A stretch of 64,000 bases of DNA. Origin: a bacterium (GTDB taxonomy: Bacteria > Patescibacteriota > Minisyncoccia > Phycocordibacterales > UBA5272). The DNA is taken from positions 3,800-67,799 of the forward strand of contig JAHFMX010000001.1 of NCBI GenBank assembly GCA_023267635.1, written 5' to 3'. Below, in pieces: positions 10,831-20,668 of this stretch. Below the pieces are notes generated by a model that saw only the letters and a program-made list of their open reading frames with translations, had not been told where the DNA came from and made no database searches. Within the stretch, counting starts at the first letter, position 1. Each line of letters starts with the position of its first letter. A program made the translations under genes and the position numbers.

Positions 10831-11529
10831 TTAAATGAACCCTAGAAGTTTTTTAAGGATTGGTTTAATACCAAGAAATTCAACTACTTTTTTCCCAATT
10901 CCGTAGATTCCAATTTTCTTAAAAAACTTATTAAGTGGATGACCCCAGGAGTAATGCCATAAGTGAACCCCGATAACTTCAGGCCCAAGATCTTGTCCTT
11001 TGTATTCATTAATGTGTTCACTATCGAATGGGTAGAAAACTTTTGGAGGATACACGACGAGCGCACTCTTATCTGCATAGTTTTCGTATATTTGAGAAAG
11101 AACACGAGGGATGGTGATTGATTCTTCGACGTGTGTATCATAAAAATCGCGACACTGTGTGATAAAAGGATGGCGAGGCACAGAGCCAATCATGCCTGCG
11201 CTAACAGTTCCAGGAGTTTCTTCTCCAAGTACACATGATGCTTCAGCAAGCGGAGAGAGAGATTGAAGCAGTAGCATGTCGGTGTCCAAATAAAATCCAC
11301 CCTCTGATTCTAGAATATGAAGACGAGCATAGTCTGCAACAAAGGCCCATCTTTTTTCATTGTACATACGAGAGGCAAACGGGAAATTTTCAAACGGAAA
11401 ATTAATCTCGTTCCATTCTTTTATTTCGAAGTCGGGGCATGTTTTTTTCCAACTTTCAATGCAGTCAATGATTGCATCGCTTTTTTCGTTATTACCAAAC
11501 CAGCAGTAGTGAATGACTTTTGGAATCAT
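10831..11529 (-). CDS. GT32 / DXD glycosyltransferase
   Basis: MIPKVIHYCWFG, AFVADYARL, GGFYLDTD. Confidence 0.9.
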   Translation of the reverse strand: MIPKVIHYCWFGNNEKSDAIIDCIESWKKTCPDFEIKEWNEINFPFENFPFASRMYNEKRWAFVADYARLHILESEGGFYLDTDMLLLQSLSPLAEASCVLGEETPGTVSAGMIGSVPRHPFITQCRDFYDTHVEESITIPRVLSQIYENYADKSALVVYPPKVFYPFDSEHINEYKGQDLGPEVIGVHLWHYSWGHPLNKFFKKIGIYGIGKKVVEFLGIKPILKKLLGFI

Positions 11530-11575
11530 AGAGTTTATGCACCCATTATACCACCGTGGTATAATTTCCTTTACT

Positions 11576-12385
11576 ATGGGGAAAAGCCAACTTGAGCACA
11601 ATATTGCTGTTCATAATAAAATTGCCAAAAAGTACGAAGCGTTACATGGTGAGATTTATAATGAAGTAGAACAGACTCGTCTTAGACGGGGCTTGGAAAA
11701 AGCTTTGGCACACGTGGAAACAAAAAGTTCCACACTTGTTGCTCTTGATTTTGGGTGTGGCGCAGGAAACCTTACTTATCATTTAACGGAGCTTGGTTGT
11801 GAGGTGATTGCAGCAGATGTTTCAACTGGGTTTTTGAATCTAGTGGCGTCTCGAAGCTATAAAAAGAAAGTTACGACGATTCAATTAAATGGTACTGATT
11901 TGGAGGGGATTGCTAATGCGAGTGTGGACGTAGTTGCTATGTATTCTGTCCTTCACCACGTTCCTGACTATCTTTCTCTTATGAAAGAATTTGCACGTGT
12001 GCTGAAACCAGGAGGGGTTTTGTACATTGATCATGAGGCGTCCTCCTTTATGTGGAAAGGAAATGAGTATGAACATTTCCAATCAGAAATGAAGAGTAAG
12101 TCAGCTGTAGATTTTAAAAAATATTTTGTACTGACAAATTACATAGACAGAGGTATCAGAATGTTTGGTAATCCAAAGTATCAACGAGAAGGGGATATAC
12201 ATGTGTTTAAGGATGATCATATAGAATGGGGTGCTGTTCGGGATGAACTTGTAAAACATACAGTTATTTCAATTGAAGAAGAGGATTATCTTTTGTATAG
12301 AAGAAATTACAGTAAAGAGGTGTACGATCTTTGGAAGAACAAGATGGGGGACATGCATCTTTTGATCGGAAAGAAGGCTTTATAA
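11576..12385 (+). CDS. Class I SAM-dependent methyltransferase
   Basis: LDFGCGAG, SVLHHVPD, RVLKPGG. Confidence 0.9.
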   Translation: MGKSQLEHNIAVHNKIAKKYEALHGEIYNEVEQTRLRRGLEKALAHVETKSSTLVALDFGCGAGNLTYHLTELGCEVIAADVSTGFLNLVASRSYKKKVTTIQLNGTDLEGIANASVDVVAMYSVLHHVPDYLSLMKEFARVLKPGGVLYIDHEASSFMWKGNEYEHFQSEMKSKSAVDFKKYFVLTNYIDRGIRMFGNPKYQREGDIHVFKDDHIEWGAVRDELVKHTVISIEEEDYLLYRRNYSKEVYDLWKNKMGDMHLLIGKKAL

Positions 12386-12485
12386 GCAATACAAAACAGC
12401 TCGTGTCAACCAGAAGAGGAAGGCTTTTGTCGTGGTACACTTTACGTATTATTCAGATAGTACGTGAGTTTAATAATTATTTAGT

Positions 12486-14699
12486 ATGCAAAGTATTTTG
12501 AAGAAAGTGGTGTGGGGGTGTCTCTTACTCATTCCGTTTGTTGCGCTCTATGTAGCCAGCGGACATTCACTAGACCTCCTTAATCGGGGAACGTCTGGCA
12601 TGTATTTCCCATTCATTTCCGGTAAGAACATGGTGTTTAGACTGCTTATTGAGATTGCCTTCTTCGGGTGGGTAATCCTTGCTCTTAAAGATGCGAGCTA
12701 TCGTTTAAACATTCGGAAGTCGCCACTTCTTATTGCGTATTCTGTTTTTATGGTAATTATTCTTCTTGCTGATATCTTTGGGCTCGATCCATTTAAGAGT
12801 ATTTGGAGTAACTTTGAACGAATGGAAGGGTTCGTTGGGCACCTTCATCTCTTTGCATACTTTGTGGTGCTTTCAGCTATGCTTCGTACAGCTGCGGAGT
12901 ACGGAAAAATGTTTAAGGCGCTTATTGCTTCAAACATTGCAGTGCTTGTATTCGGATACGGGCAACTGCTTGGAGCAAATGGATACATCTTCTCGCAGCT
13001 CTTACCTTCCGTTGCTGCAAAGTTTTCAGCAGCGTTTCCAATTCACATGAGTGAGAATCGACTTGATGCCACGCTTGGAAACTCTGCGTACTTTGCTATT
13101 TACTGTCTCATGTTTATTTTCATCCTTGCTCTACGTTGGTCAGGGGAGAAAGAGGGAAAGAAAACATGGTTATATCCAACGCTTATCGCACTTAACCTCA
13201 TTGCGCTTTTCTACACAGGAACTCGAGGAACGCAAATCGGACTTCTTGTTGGAGGTTTTATGACGCTAGGGCTTATTGCTGTGGCTGAAAAAGGAAAGGC
13301 GAGAAAAGTTCTTGTTGGAGCCATCATTGCAGCTGTGGTTGTTATTGGTTCAGTGTTTGCATTTAAAGATTCTTCATTTGTTCAGTCATCTCCAACGCTT
13401 GCTCGTTTTGCAAGTATTTCCCCAACGGATTTAACAGGAATGAGTCGTTTGTCTATTTGGAAAATTAGTTACGAAGCATTTAAGGAAAAACCAGTACTTG
13501 GGTATGGACAGGATAACTTCAGCTATATCTACGCAAGCAAATTTCTTCCAGAGAAAATGTGGAATTTGGAGAGTTGGTATGACCGATCACACAATGTATT
13601 CTTTGACTGGCTTGTTGCTGCAGGAGCGCTTGGTCTAATCGCATATCTTTCTCTTTACGTCGTAGCACTTTGGCTTATGTGGAGAAAGAAGAATGATATG
13701 CCTTTCAGAGAGAGGGCCATTATCACAGGTGCGCTAGCTGGGTACTTTGTACACAATATATTTGTGTTCGATAACCTTGTAAGTTACATTTTGTTCTTCT
13801 TCTTACTTGCATACATTGCATTTAGAACAGGGACACAGGGTGAGGTATTGGGAGGAAAGGGGGTGAGTGATGATCAGATGAACATGTTGTACCTTCCTGT
13901 GGTTGGAATTTTGCTCGTAGCTACGTTATATGTTCTTGTATACCGTCCGTTTATGGTGAATAGACTTCTTGTGCGAGGTTTGGACATTAATCGACTTATC
14001 CAAACAATGCCGTTTGCAGATGCTGTAAAAGTACAGCAGGCAGCATTTGAGAAAGCTATTGCATTGCATACAGTGGGTTCTGAAGAAGCTCGTGAACAAT
14101 ATCTTCAGACAGCGGTAAGAATTGCACAGGTTACTATTCCAGAGGATGTTCCAGCTGAGGATAAACTAAAGTCAGTACAAGCAGTTAATTCTATGATTGA
14201 AGGGGCCCGTAAAGATATTGAGAATTCATATGAAGCTCATAAGAATGATGTACGCATGCTTTCTATCTATGGAATGTTCTACAACGGTATCGGAGATGGA
14301 GTTTCTGCAGAGAAGGTATTAACTCAAGCACATTTGGTTGCTCCTAAAAAGCAACTAGTGTCATTTGATCTTGTGCGAGCATATCTCCTTACCGGGAAAA
14401 CAAATGAAGCATACACACTTGCACGAGAGACGTTTGATAGTGCTCCAGCGTATGGTGATGCTGCAAAAATATACTTACTTTCTTCAGTGTATGTAAAGAA
14501 GTGGAGTGAGGCACGTGCCTACCTTACATCAAAAGGACAGACGGTGCCGTTTGACGCAGATATTCTAAGCGCTCTTGTAAGTACTAAACAAATAACACTT
14601 GCTATTCAGCTCTTGAATGAACTCAAGCAAACAAGCCCAGAATATACAGCTCAAGTGGATGCGTATATTAAACAACTTCTTGCAGCTCCTACAAAATAG
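12486..14699 (+). CDS. O-antigen ligase (Wzy_C) family protein with helical/TPR-like C-terminus
   Basis: ATLGN, TGTRG, RLSIW, GYGQDNF, DRSHNVFFD. Confidence 0.85.
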   Translation: MQSILKKVVWGCLLLIPFVALYVASGHSLDLLNRGTSGMYFPFISGKNMVFRLLIEIAFFGWVILALKDASYRLNIRKSPLLIAYSVFMVIILLADIFGLDPFKSIWSNFERMEGFVGHLHLFAYFVVLSAMLRTAAEYGKMFKALIASNIAVLVFGYGQLLGANGYIFSQLLPSVAAKFSAAFPIHMSENRLDATLGNSAYFAIYCLMFIFILALRWSGEKEGKKTWLYPTLIALNLIALFYTGTRGTQIGLLVGGFMTLGLIAVAEKGKARKVLVGAIIAAVVVIGSVFAFKDSSFVQSSPTLARFASISPTDLTGMSRLSIWKISYEAFKEKPVLGYGQDNFSYIYASKFLPEKMWNLESWYDRSHNVFFDWLVAAGALGLIAYLSLYVVALWLMWRKKNDMPFRERAIITGALAGYFVHNIFVFDNLVSYILFFFLLAYIAFRTGTQGEVLGGKGVSDDQMNMLYLPVVGILLVATLYVLVYRPFMVNRLLVRGLDINRLIQTMPFADAVKVQQAAFEKAIALHTVGSEEAREQYLQTAVRIAQVTIPEDVPAEDKLKSVQAVNSMIEGARKDIENSYEAHKNDVRMLSIYGMFYNGIGDGVSAEKVLTQAHLVAPKKQLVSFDLVRAYLLTGKTNEAYTLARETFDSAPAYGDAAKIYLLSSVYVKKWSEARAYLTSKGQTVPFDADILSALVSTKQITLAIQLLNELKQTSPEYTAQVDAYIKQLLAAPTK

Positions 14700-14762
14700 G
14701 GGTACAATTATGAGGTGAGCGCCAATTGGCGTGCCCACAAAATAAATGAATGCCTGCGCATT

Positions 14763-14786
14763 GGGTCATCTTCGGATGGCCCTTTA
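14763..14786 (+). terminator. Intrinsic terminator-like hairpin
   Basis: GGGTCATC-TTCG-GATGGCCC followed by TTT. Confidence 0.55.
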
Positions 14787-14788
14787 CG

Positions 14789-14914
14789 TTTTTAAGATAA
14801 AATTACTTCATCTGCTTTGTTACGGAAGAATTTTTCGCCCGCGAAGTACTATCCGTACATCTTGGTTGAAAAATTCTTCCGTGCCTCGCATCTAAAGCAA
14901 TTTTATCTTAAAAA
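14789..14914. repeat. Miniature palindromic (nested inverted repeat) element
   Basis: 16-bp perfect outer IR TTTTTAAGATAAAATT/AATTTTATCTTAAAAA; 15-bp perfect inner IR ACGGAAGAATTTTTC/GAAAAATTCTTCCGT. Confidence 0.75.
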
Positions 14915-14994
14915 TATTTGCAGACCTACCTAAAGGTGCTGTGATTTTTTGGAAACGTCCATTTTAAAGTGAGGAATAATGGTACACTTCTAAG

Positions 14995-15348
14995 ATGGAT
15001 ATCTGGAAACACGGAACGTATGTAGACATGTGGTCTATTGTTCACCTCTTATCAGGTTTTGTGCTCGCAGGACTTTTCTTTTTGTTTGGGTTTTCTTTTT
15101 CAGTTGCGATTATTGCGTCAGTGTTTCTTCTTCTGTTTTGGGAAGTTTTTGAGGCTGTTGTTAAAATTGTCGAACCATCTATCAACGTGATTGTCGACAT
15201 CATCATCGGGTTTGTTGGATTCTTGGTAGGAGCTCAGCTTTTCTACATCATGGGCTGGCCAGCATCACATGTACTGTATGGACTTGTTCTTACGATCGCC
15301 CTTGCAGTATGGGGATTTGTGGATTTCTTGAAGAGGGGATATAGGTAG
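14995..15348 (+). CDS. Small membrane protein
   Basis: DMWSIVH, WEVFE and N..VD motifs; 4 hydrophobic segments. Confidence 0.7.
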   Translation: MDIWKHGTYVDMWSIVHLLSGFVLAGLFFLFGFSFSVAIIASVFLLLFWEVFEAVVKIVEPSINVIVDIIIGFVGFLVGAQLFYIMGWPASHVLYGLVLTIALAVWGFVDFLKRGYR

Positions 15349-15455
15349 GGTATACTAAGGAAGTGGAACTCATCGCAATTCGTTGCGGTGAGCGACCGCG
15401 CTCACATAAGGCACTTATTTTGGAGCATGCCACGCTCACCACCACGGTTTGCGAG

Positions 15456-15497
15456 GCAAAAGAAAAACGATATCGTAAGATATCGTTTTTCTTTTGC
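15456..15497. terminator. Bidirectional intrinsic terminator
   Basis: 19-bp perfect stem GCAAAAGAAAAACGATATC-GTAA-GATATCGTTTTTCTTTTGC just past the tsaD stop. Confidence 0.8.
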
Positions 15498-15503
15498 TAC
15501 ACA

Positions 15504-16685
15504 TTAACAGTCCTCTATTGACCATGATCCATTCGCGATAATTTTTACTTTAGGTTTGGCGTCTGTAGCTATGTGAAGTAATCCAGTGGATGCAATCATG
15601 AGTCCATTGTCAGTTGAGAGTGCGTGGTCAGGTACAAAAAGAGTAAACCCATCACTCTCAGCTAGGTTTTTAAGAGCGTGTCTAATATGGGTGTTTGCAC
15701 TCACCCCACCACCAACAATAAGCGTCTTTGCACGAGTTTCATACATTGCCTGCTTTACTTTTGAAACCAACACGTCAGTCACTGCATTTTCAAATTCAAG
15801 AGCAAGCATTCTTTTCGTTATATCATCGATAGGTTTTCGCTTGTTTACACGAATAAGAACGGCAGTCTTTAGACCACTAAAAGAAAAAGCTAGATCGCCA
15901 CTATTAATCATAGGACGGGGGAGACGTAAATCCTCGTCTACTACTAGCCCTTCTTTGCGGGCATGCTCTGCAAGTTTTGAAATCTGAGGCCCTCCTGGAT
16001 ATGGGAGATCAAGCATTCTTGCTGCTTTATCAAAAGCTTCACCAACGGCGTCGTCTCGCGTTTTTCCTATAACTTTGTATGACCTCCATTTTGGAATACG
16101 AACAAGTTCTGTGTGTCCACCTGAAATAAGAAGAGCGACAGCTGGAACGTCCAGTTCAGGAATTTCGTAGTTTCCATCAGTATGTGAAAGTACACTTGCC
16201 ACAACGTGCCCTTCCATGTGATTGATAGGGTAGAGGGGGATATCCCACACCGTATGAAGAGCAAGAGCGCCACCAATACCCACCCACAACGCAGGCTCAA
16301 GTCCAGGTCCTGATGTTACAGCAATGGCATCGATAGCTGGTTTTTGTATACCTTCAAAGAGCACTTTCATTGCCGCTAGCATTTCAGGCTCTCGTTCTAG
16401 AAGCGTTTCTAATTTTTTACGTTCTGTGTTTGGAATGTGATGAGTGTTCGTACGCTCAATGAGGAGATCTGCTTCATCTAAACATTCAGCAATCAATTGA
16501 GTTAGCGCTTTAGCGTGTTCTCGTTTTGCAAGAGCTGGGAAAACGCCCCCGTATTGCGCATGAAGATCTACTTGGGAAAGAACCTTATGAGAAAGAACTT
16601 CAAAGCGCACCTGTTTGCCACGAAGTCGTTTTACAATCGATACTGCCGTTTCGTCACAACTTGTTTCAATCGCAAGGAGAATCAT
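15504..16685 (-). CDS. tsaD: tRNA t6A threonylcarbamoyltransferase TsaD
   Basis: IETSCDET, HMEGH, SGGHT, DDAVGEAFDK, YPGGP, FSFSGLKT, TDNG. Confidence 0.97.
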   Translation of the reverse strand: MILLAIETSCDETAVSIVKRLRGKQVRFEVLSHKVLSQVDLHAQYGGVFPALAKREHAKALTQLIAECLDEADLLIERTNTHHIPNTERKKLETLLEREPEMLAAMKVLFEGIQKPAIDAIAVTSGPGLEPALWVGIGGALALHTVWDIPLYPINHMEGHVVASVLSHTDGNYEIPELDVPAVALLISGGHTELVRIPKWRSYKVIGKTRDDAVGEAFDKAARMLDLPYPGGPQISKLAEHARKEGLVVDEDLRLPRPMINSGDLAFSFSGLKTAVLIRVNKRKPIDDITKRMLALEFENAVTDVLVSKVKQAMYETRAKTLIVGGGVSANTHIRHALKNLAESDGFTLFVPDHALSTDNGLMIASTGLLHIATDAKPKVKIIANGSWSIEDC

Positions 16686-16710
16686 AGAGTATGCAGTATA
16701 CCAGATTGAA

Positions 16711-17730
16711 TTAGTGGTCTGCTGGAAGTACGTTACTTATATTTTGAACCAGTCCTTGAGTTTCGTAATTACCCACAGTCAACCACGTAGGTAATCCAAG
16801 AGAACAAATTCCTTTTCCGTCTTTCGCTAACGCCATACCACCAGAATTACCACTATCAATTTTCGCAGATACGAAATAGTTCGGTTCCCCAGTTTGAGAT
16901 GTGTCATACCCAGAAATAATGCCGTTCGTTGCTGTTCTAAATACTGCAGGAACGGTTCCTATTGTTTCCAGAGTTACTGTTGAGTCTCTTTTTGCATAGG
17001 CTGGGTATCCGATAATAACAACAGGTGTTCCAATCGGAGTAGGAGAAGTACATTTTCTCACAGAAGATACAGAATAATTATAGTTCGCAATAGGAACACT
17101 TGTGCTTGAAAGAGATTCTCCAATAGCAAGAACTGCTTGATCAGTATGTACGTTGAATGTGTACACTGATGGGCTAAGTGAAAAGACTCCAGTCGTCGTG
17201 TTTGCATTACTTGTCATAACAACAACACATTTTTCAGCATCTTTCACAACATGGTAGTTGGTAAGTACTGCGCGCTCTAATTCTTTGAAAGTAAAAAGAG
17301 ACCCTGAACCACTTGTTATTCCTAGTGGTGTAGTACAGACGATTTGAACAACGCCTGTTACATACGGAGCAAGATCAGTAGAGGAAATAACAATTTCTTT
17401 TTGTATGTTTGATTGATCTTTCAGTGTTTGTGTTAGAGATTTTACTTGGGCATTTGTTTTTTCTGCTGCAGTCTTTGTTTTCTCAAGTTCGGTTTTAGCT
17501 TCAGTGAGTTCTACCTGTTGAGCTGATATAAGTTTATCTGCCTCTTCTTCCTTGCGAATACGTTCTTCTGTCTGTAGAGCCGCTAGTTCTTTCTGAATCT
17601 TTTCTGTGGTAACTACTTTTTGATAGAGCTTATACCCACCATAACTTACAGCAAGCATGGAAGCTAGAAAGAAAACGAATCCAATAAGAAGGATGTGCCA
17701 CGTGAGGGTAAGGGTAATTCGAGGCTTCAT
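16711..17730 (-). CDS. Membrane-anchored trypsin-like serine protease with coiled coil
   Basis: N-terminal TM, coiled coil, LTNYHV and DSGNSGG. Confidence 0.85.
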   Translation of the reverse strand: MKPRITLTLTWHILLIGFVFFLASMLAVSYGGYKLYQKVVTTEKIQKELAALQTEERIRKEEEADKLISAQQVELTEAKTELEKTKTAAEKTNAQVKSLTQTLKDQSNIQKEIVISSTDLAPYVTGVVQIVCTTPLGITSGSGSLFTFKELERAVLTNYHVVKDAEKCVVVMTSNANTTTGVFSLSPSVYTFNVHTDQAVLAIGESLSSTSVPIANYNYSVSSVRKCTSPTPIGTPVVIIGYPAYAKRDSTVTLETIGTVPAVFRTATNGIISGYDTSQTGEPNYFVSAKIDSGNSGGMALAKDGKGICSLGLPTWLTVGNYETQGLVQNISNVLPADH

Positions 17731-17768
17731 GGGGTTGTGGGGGAGTGCTTGATAGGTTAGAGTATATC

Positions 17769-18218
17769 ATGATGAAACTCCTGATTTTAAGCATTGGTAA
17801 GGGCAAGGATGCTCTTACAGATGACCTTATAAAGCATTTTGAAACGCGTATTTTACGCTATGTACCTATTGAATGGGTGTATCTTGAACATGAAAGCACG
17901 AAAGTAAAAGAAGGGGAGAAGCTCCTTAGTCATATTAAAAAGGAGGACTATGTGGTGCTGCTCGACGAAAAGGGGAGAGACATGAAAAGTGAAGCTGTGG
18001 CAGAACTCATAGAAAACAGAATGCTTGATTCAGTTAAAAGAATGGTCTTTATTATTGGTGGGGCATACGGCGTGTCAGATGCTATACACGTACGTGCAAA
18101 CTATACATGGAAACTGTCTTCGCTCGTATTTCCTCATCTTCTTGTGCGAGTTATTCTTGTGGAGCAGTTGTATCGGGCAATGACGATTTTAAAAGGAGAA
18201 AAATATCATCACGAATAG
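17769..18218 (+). CDS. rlmH: 23S rRNA m3-pseudouridine-1915 methyltransferase
   Basis: LDEKG, FIIGGAYG, FPHLLVRVILVEQLYRA, YHH. Confidence 0.95.
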   Translation: MMKLLILSIGKGKDALTDDLIKHFETRILRYVPIEWVYLEHESTKVKEGEKLLSHIKKEDYVVLLDEKGRDMKSEAVAELIENRMLDSVKRMVFIIGGAYGVSDAIHVRANYTWKLSSLVFPHLLVRVILVEQLYRAMTILKGEKYHHE

Positions 18219-19155
18219 TTCGTAGGCTTTCTTTGATATCATCAAAGGTTTTCTCTCTGCATACATTCATAAGTTCTTCTTTATCTGCCGCTGTTAACGC
18301 TAAGCTTTTCCCTTGGTTAACTGAATACATGATAGCTTCTTTATCCTCCACATGACCAAGAGCGAGTGCGTGCCCTAATTCATGAATAAGTACACGTTTA
18401 AGTGCCACGGTATTTCCATATTCGTAAATAGTAATCATACGAGTGTTTGGGTCATATGTTCCTTCTTCGAATTCCCGCAAAGTGTTTTGGTTTAAGGTAC
18501 TAATTTTTTCATTAAGCGTACTGACAACCTGATTGTGGTCTTTGTCATAATTTTTGATACGTTCTACTAAGACATTGAAGCGAGCAATATTTGCATTCAG
18601 AGAAAGACGCTCTGTTTCTAGCGATGCTGCAGCGCGCTCAAGTCTCTGGTAGTCCTCTCGTGGCGCTCCGCCTTGTGAGTTCCAGTATTCTATTTCTTCA
18701 TTATGTTTTGTCAGTCTAGCGTTATAGGCTTTTGTTTGAGCTGTAATAGTATTCTCGAGCGCATCGTATTCCTTTTTTAAAGAATCAATGGTTTCTTTAA
18801 TGGTGCTGAGTTCTCCTTTTTCTTCGTCTATCGTTCTCTGTAGACGCTCATTCTTAATCGTGGTTCTTTGTCGTTCATCGTATACGAACGTAATCTGTAT
18901 ATCTCCTCCTGTTTCGACGTGCGTTAGTAATTTATTTTCTTTGTATGAAGCATTCCAAATATTTGCGGCTTCTTCGCTGTAGAGTTTCACTGTCTCCTTT
19001 GAAATAGTAAATTGAGGATCGATAGGTCCAACGCTAAATGTCTTAGGTAGGGCGCAGGGGTTTCTAAAAAAAGACTGTACTCCAATATATCCCGCATAGA
19101 CTATGCAGCAGATAAGTATAAAACTGAAACCTTTTTGTATAAAAGCGCGAACCAT
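18151..19155 (-). CDS. Matrixin-family zinc metalloprotease with coiled-coil insert
   Basis: HELGHALALGH plus AIMY Met-turn; N-terminal TM. Confidence 0.85.
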   Translation of the reverse strand: MVRAFIQKGFSFILICCIVYAGYIGVQSFFRNPCALPKTFSVGPIDPQFTISKETVKLYSEEAANIWNASYKENKLLTHVETGGDIQITFVYDERQRTTIKNERLQRTIDEEKGELSTIKETIDSLKKEYDALENTITAQTKAYNARLTKHNEEIEYWNSQGGAPREDYQRLERAAASLETERLSLNANIARFNVLVERIKNYDKDHNQVVSTLNEKISTLNQNTLREFEEGTYDPNTRMITIYEYGNTVALKRVLIHELGHALALGHVEDKEAIMYSVNQGKSLALTAADKEELMNVCREKTFDDIKESLRTIRDDIFLLLKSSLPDTTAPQE

Positions 19156-19474
19156 ACTTCCATTGTCATCTGTTTTCGACAGTCTGTCCAGAGATATGGA
19201 GTTTTAAGATTACAGCCATTCTTCGGTGGACTACGGGCACGAATTTTGGAATCAAGTTGCTAAAGAAATAGAATATTTAGCGTGGGTATTAAAAGAATAA
19301 TGTGCTAAAAATAAAGGTTAAATTAAGCGAACTTGCATTTGTGGGTTCAAACCTGTAGAGTAAGCGTTCTGAGGAGGTCTTAGTTATACACTGTGCAATA
19401 TACACACAAGTAGATATACTAGAAATACAAAACACCCCCAAAGGGGTGTTAGGGCAAAAGGAGGTTCGAGCTCC

Positions 19475-19675
19475 TTAAGCAGAACGCTTAAGCATAAGTC
19501 CTGTCACAATTTGTGATGGGATTTTTGCTTTCTTGGCGTGAAGTGCACAAGAACGGGTGTCCTTGATAGGCCAGCACTTGTGGCCATATGTTGATGCATA
19601 GCGACGCTTGCCCTTGCGGGTTACGTAAGCCACACAAATGTCTGCACATGTGCAGACTGGGTTTGAATTAGACAT
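19475..19675 (-). CDS. Small basic Cys/His-containing hypothetical protein
   Basis: ORF lies downstream of a structured leader and is followed by hairpin AACACCCC-CAAA-GGGGTGTT. Confidence 0.35.
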   Translation of the reverse strand: MSNSNPVCTCADICVAYVTRKGKRRYASTYGHKCWPIKDTRSCALHAKKAKIPSQIVTGLMLKRSA

Positions 19676-20144
19676 AAGTCTGTGTTCAATTTCCCACGAG
19701 GGTTGTCCTGACAGCATCAGCTTGTGGACATCTGCACCCTGAACCGCTCACCTTTTATGTAGGAAAACGGCGGTTAAACAAAAACTGGGCAAGAATCTAT
19801 TGCTAGATTTTGCCCAGTTAAAACCCAACTATTGCGTTCGGTACTAACTACACAAAATCTAATCTGGCTACGTTTCGTAATTATGATGAAGATTAGATAA
19901 CAAAAAATCCCTTAGACCGACACTCTCACGGGAACGGCAGTATTGCTACTGTTGTTCCCATAACTAGTGGATTGCCAGCATGGAACATTTTATTGTTCCC
20001 GCTAGAATGCCCGTCTAAAGGATTTCGGTGCTACTTCGTGGTGTCGGTCGCTCTGTTGTGCTTAGTATCCCTACCAAGCGAGCTTCTGTATTCAGTTTTC
20101 AATCTCACTTGTATATTATAGCACATTCATTGAAAAAACACAAG

Positions 20145-20589
20145 CTATTTTTGAGTTTTTTCGTTAAAATTTCCCTCAAGAAAAATTGTTTTACCATCTT
20201 TTTTTATAATTTTACCTTCACGCAAAAGTCTGTTGTGTATTTGTTGCAATACCTCTCCTAGTTCAGTTACAGCTTTTATTGTTTCTTCAGATAGTTTCAT
20301 TTTGTTTTTTGTTGTATTTTTAGTTTTAACCCCTCCGAAAGAACTGTCAGCAACAAATCGCCAATTTCATTTATTTCTTCGTCATTAAGTTGTTGTGAAA
20401 AACCTTCTCTATAAGAATTGTCCATTGCCGTCCTTAAATCCTTTATGGCTTTGGTAGAGAGTTGCATATTTATTCTTTTTTATAGAGGTGAGGATTTTGT
20501 TCTCTGTCCGCTTTGAATAACCATTCAAAAATAGGTACAAGTCCTTTAATTTCTTCTTCAGTTAATTTTCTTTGCTTCTTATTTTTCAT
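20145..20589 (-). other. Three coupled small ORFs (20470-20589, 39 aa; 20297-20467, 56 aa; 20145-20300, 51 aa)
   Basis: Manual translation: MKNKKQRKLTEEE..., MQLSTKAIKDLR..., MKLSEETIKAV...; 2-nt gap and ATGA overlap. Confidence 0.55.
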
Positions 20590-20668
20590 TTATTCTTGTT
20601 CTAGTAGTTCACGATGTTCACATGGTCACCATTATGTCTGATATATGAGATTTAATTATGTATAAGTA

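Noticed and set aside
16340-16480. About 40-aa insertion in TsaD as a possible intein
   Set aside because: Too short and lacks intein terminal motifs; likely a lineage-specific helical insert
18151-18218. 68-bp convergent overlap of rlmH and the matrixin gene
   Set aside because: Tail-to-tail overlaps recur in this compact sequence; no sign of a special function
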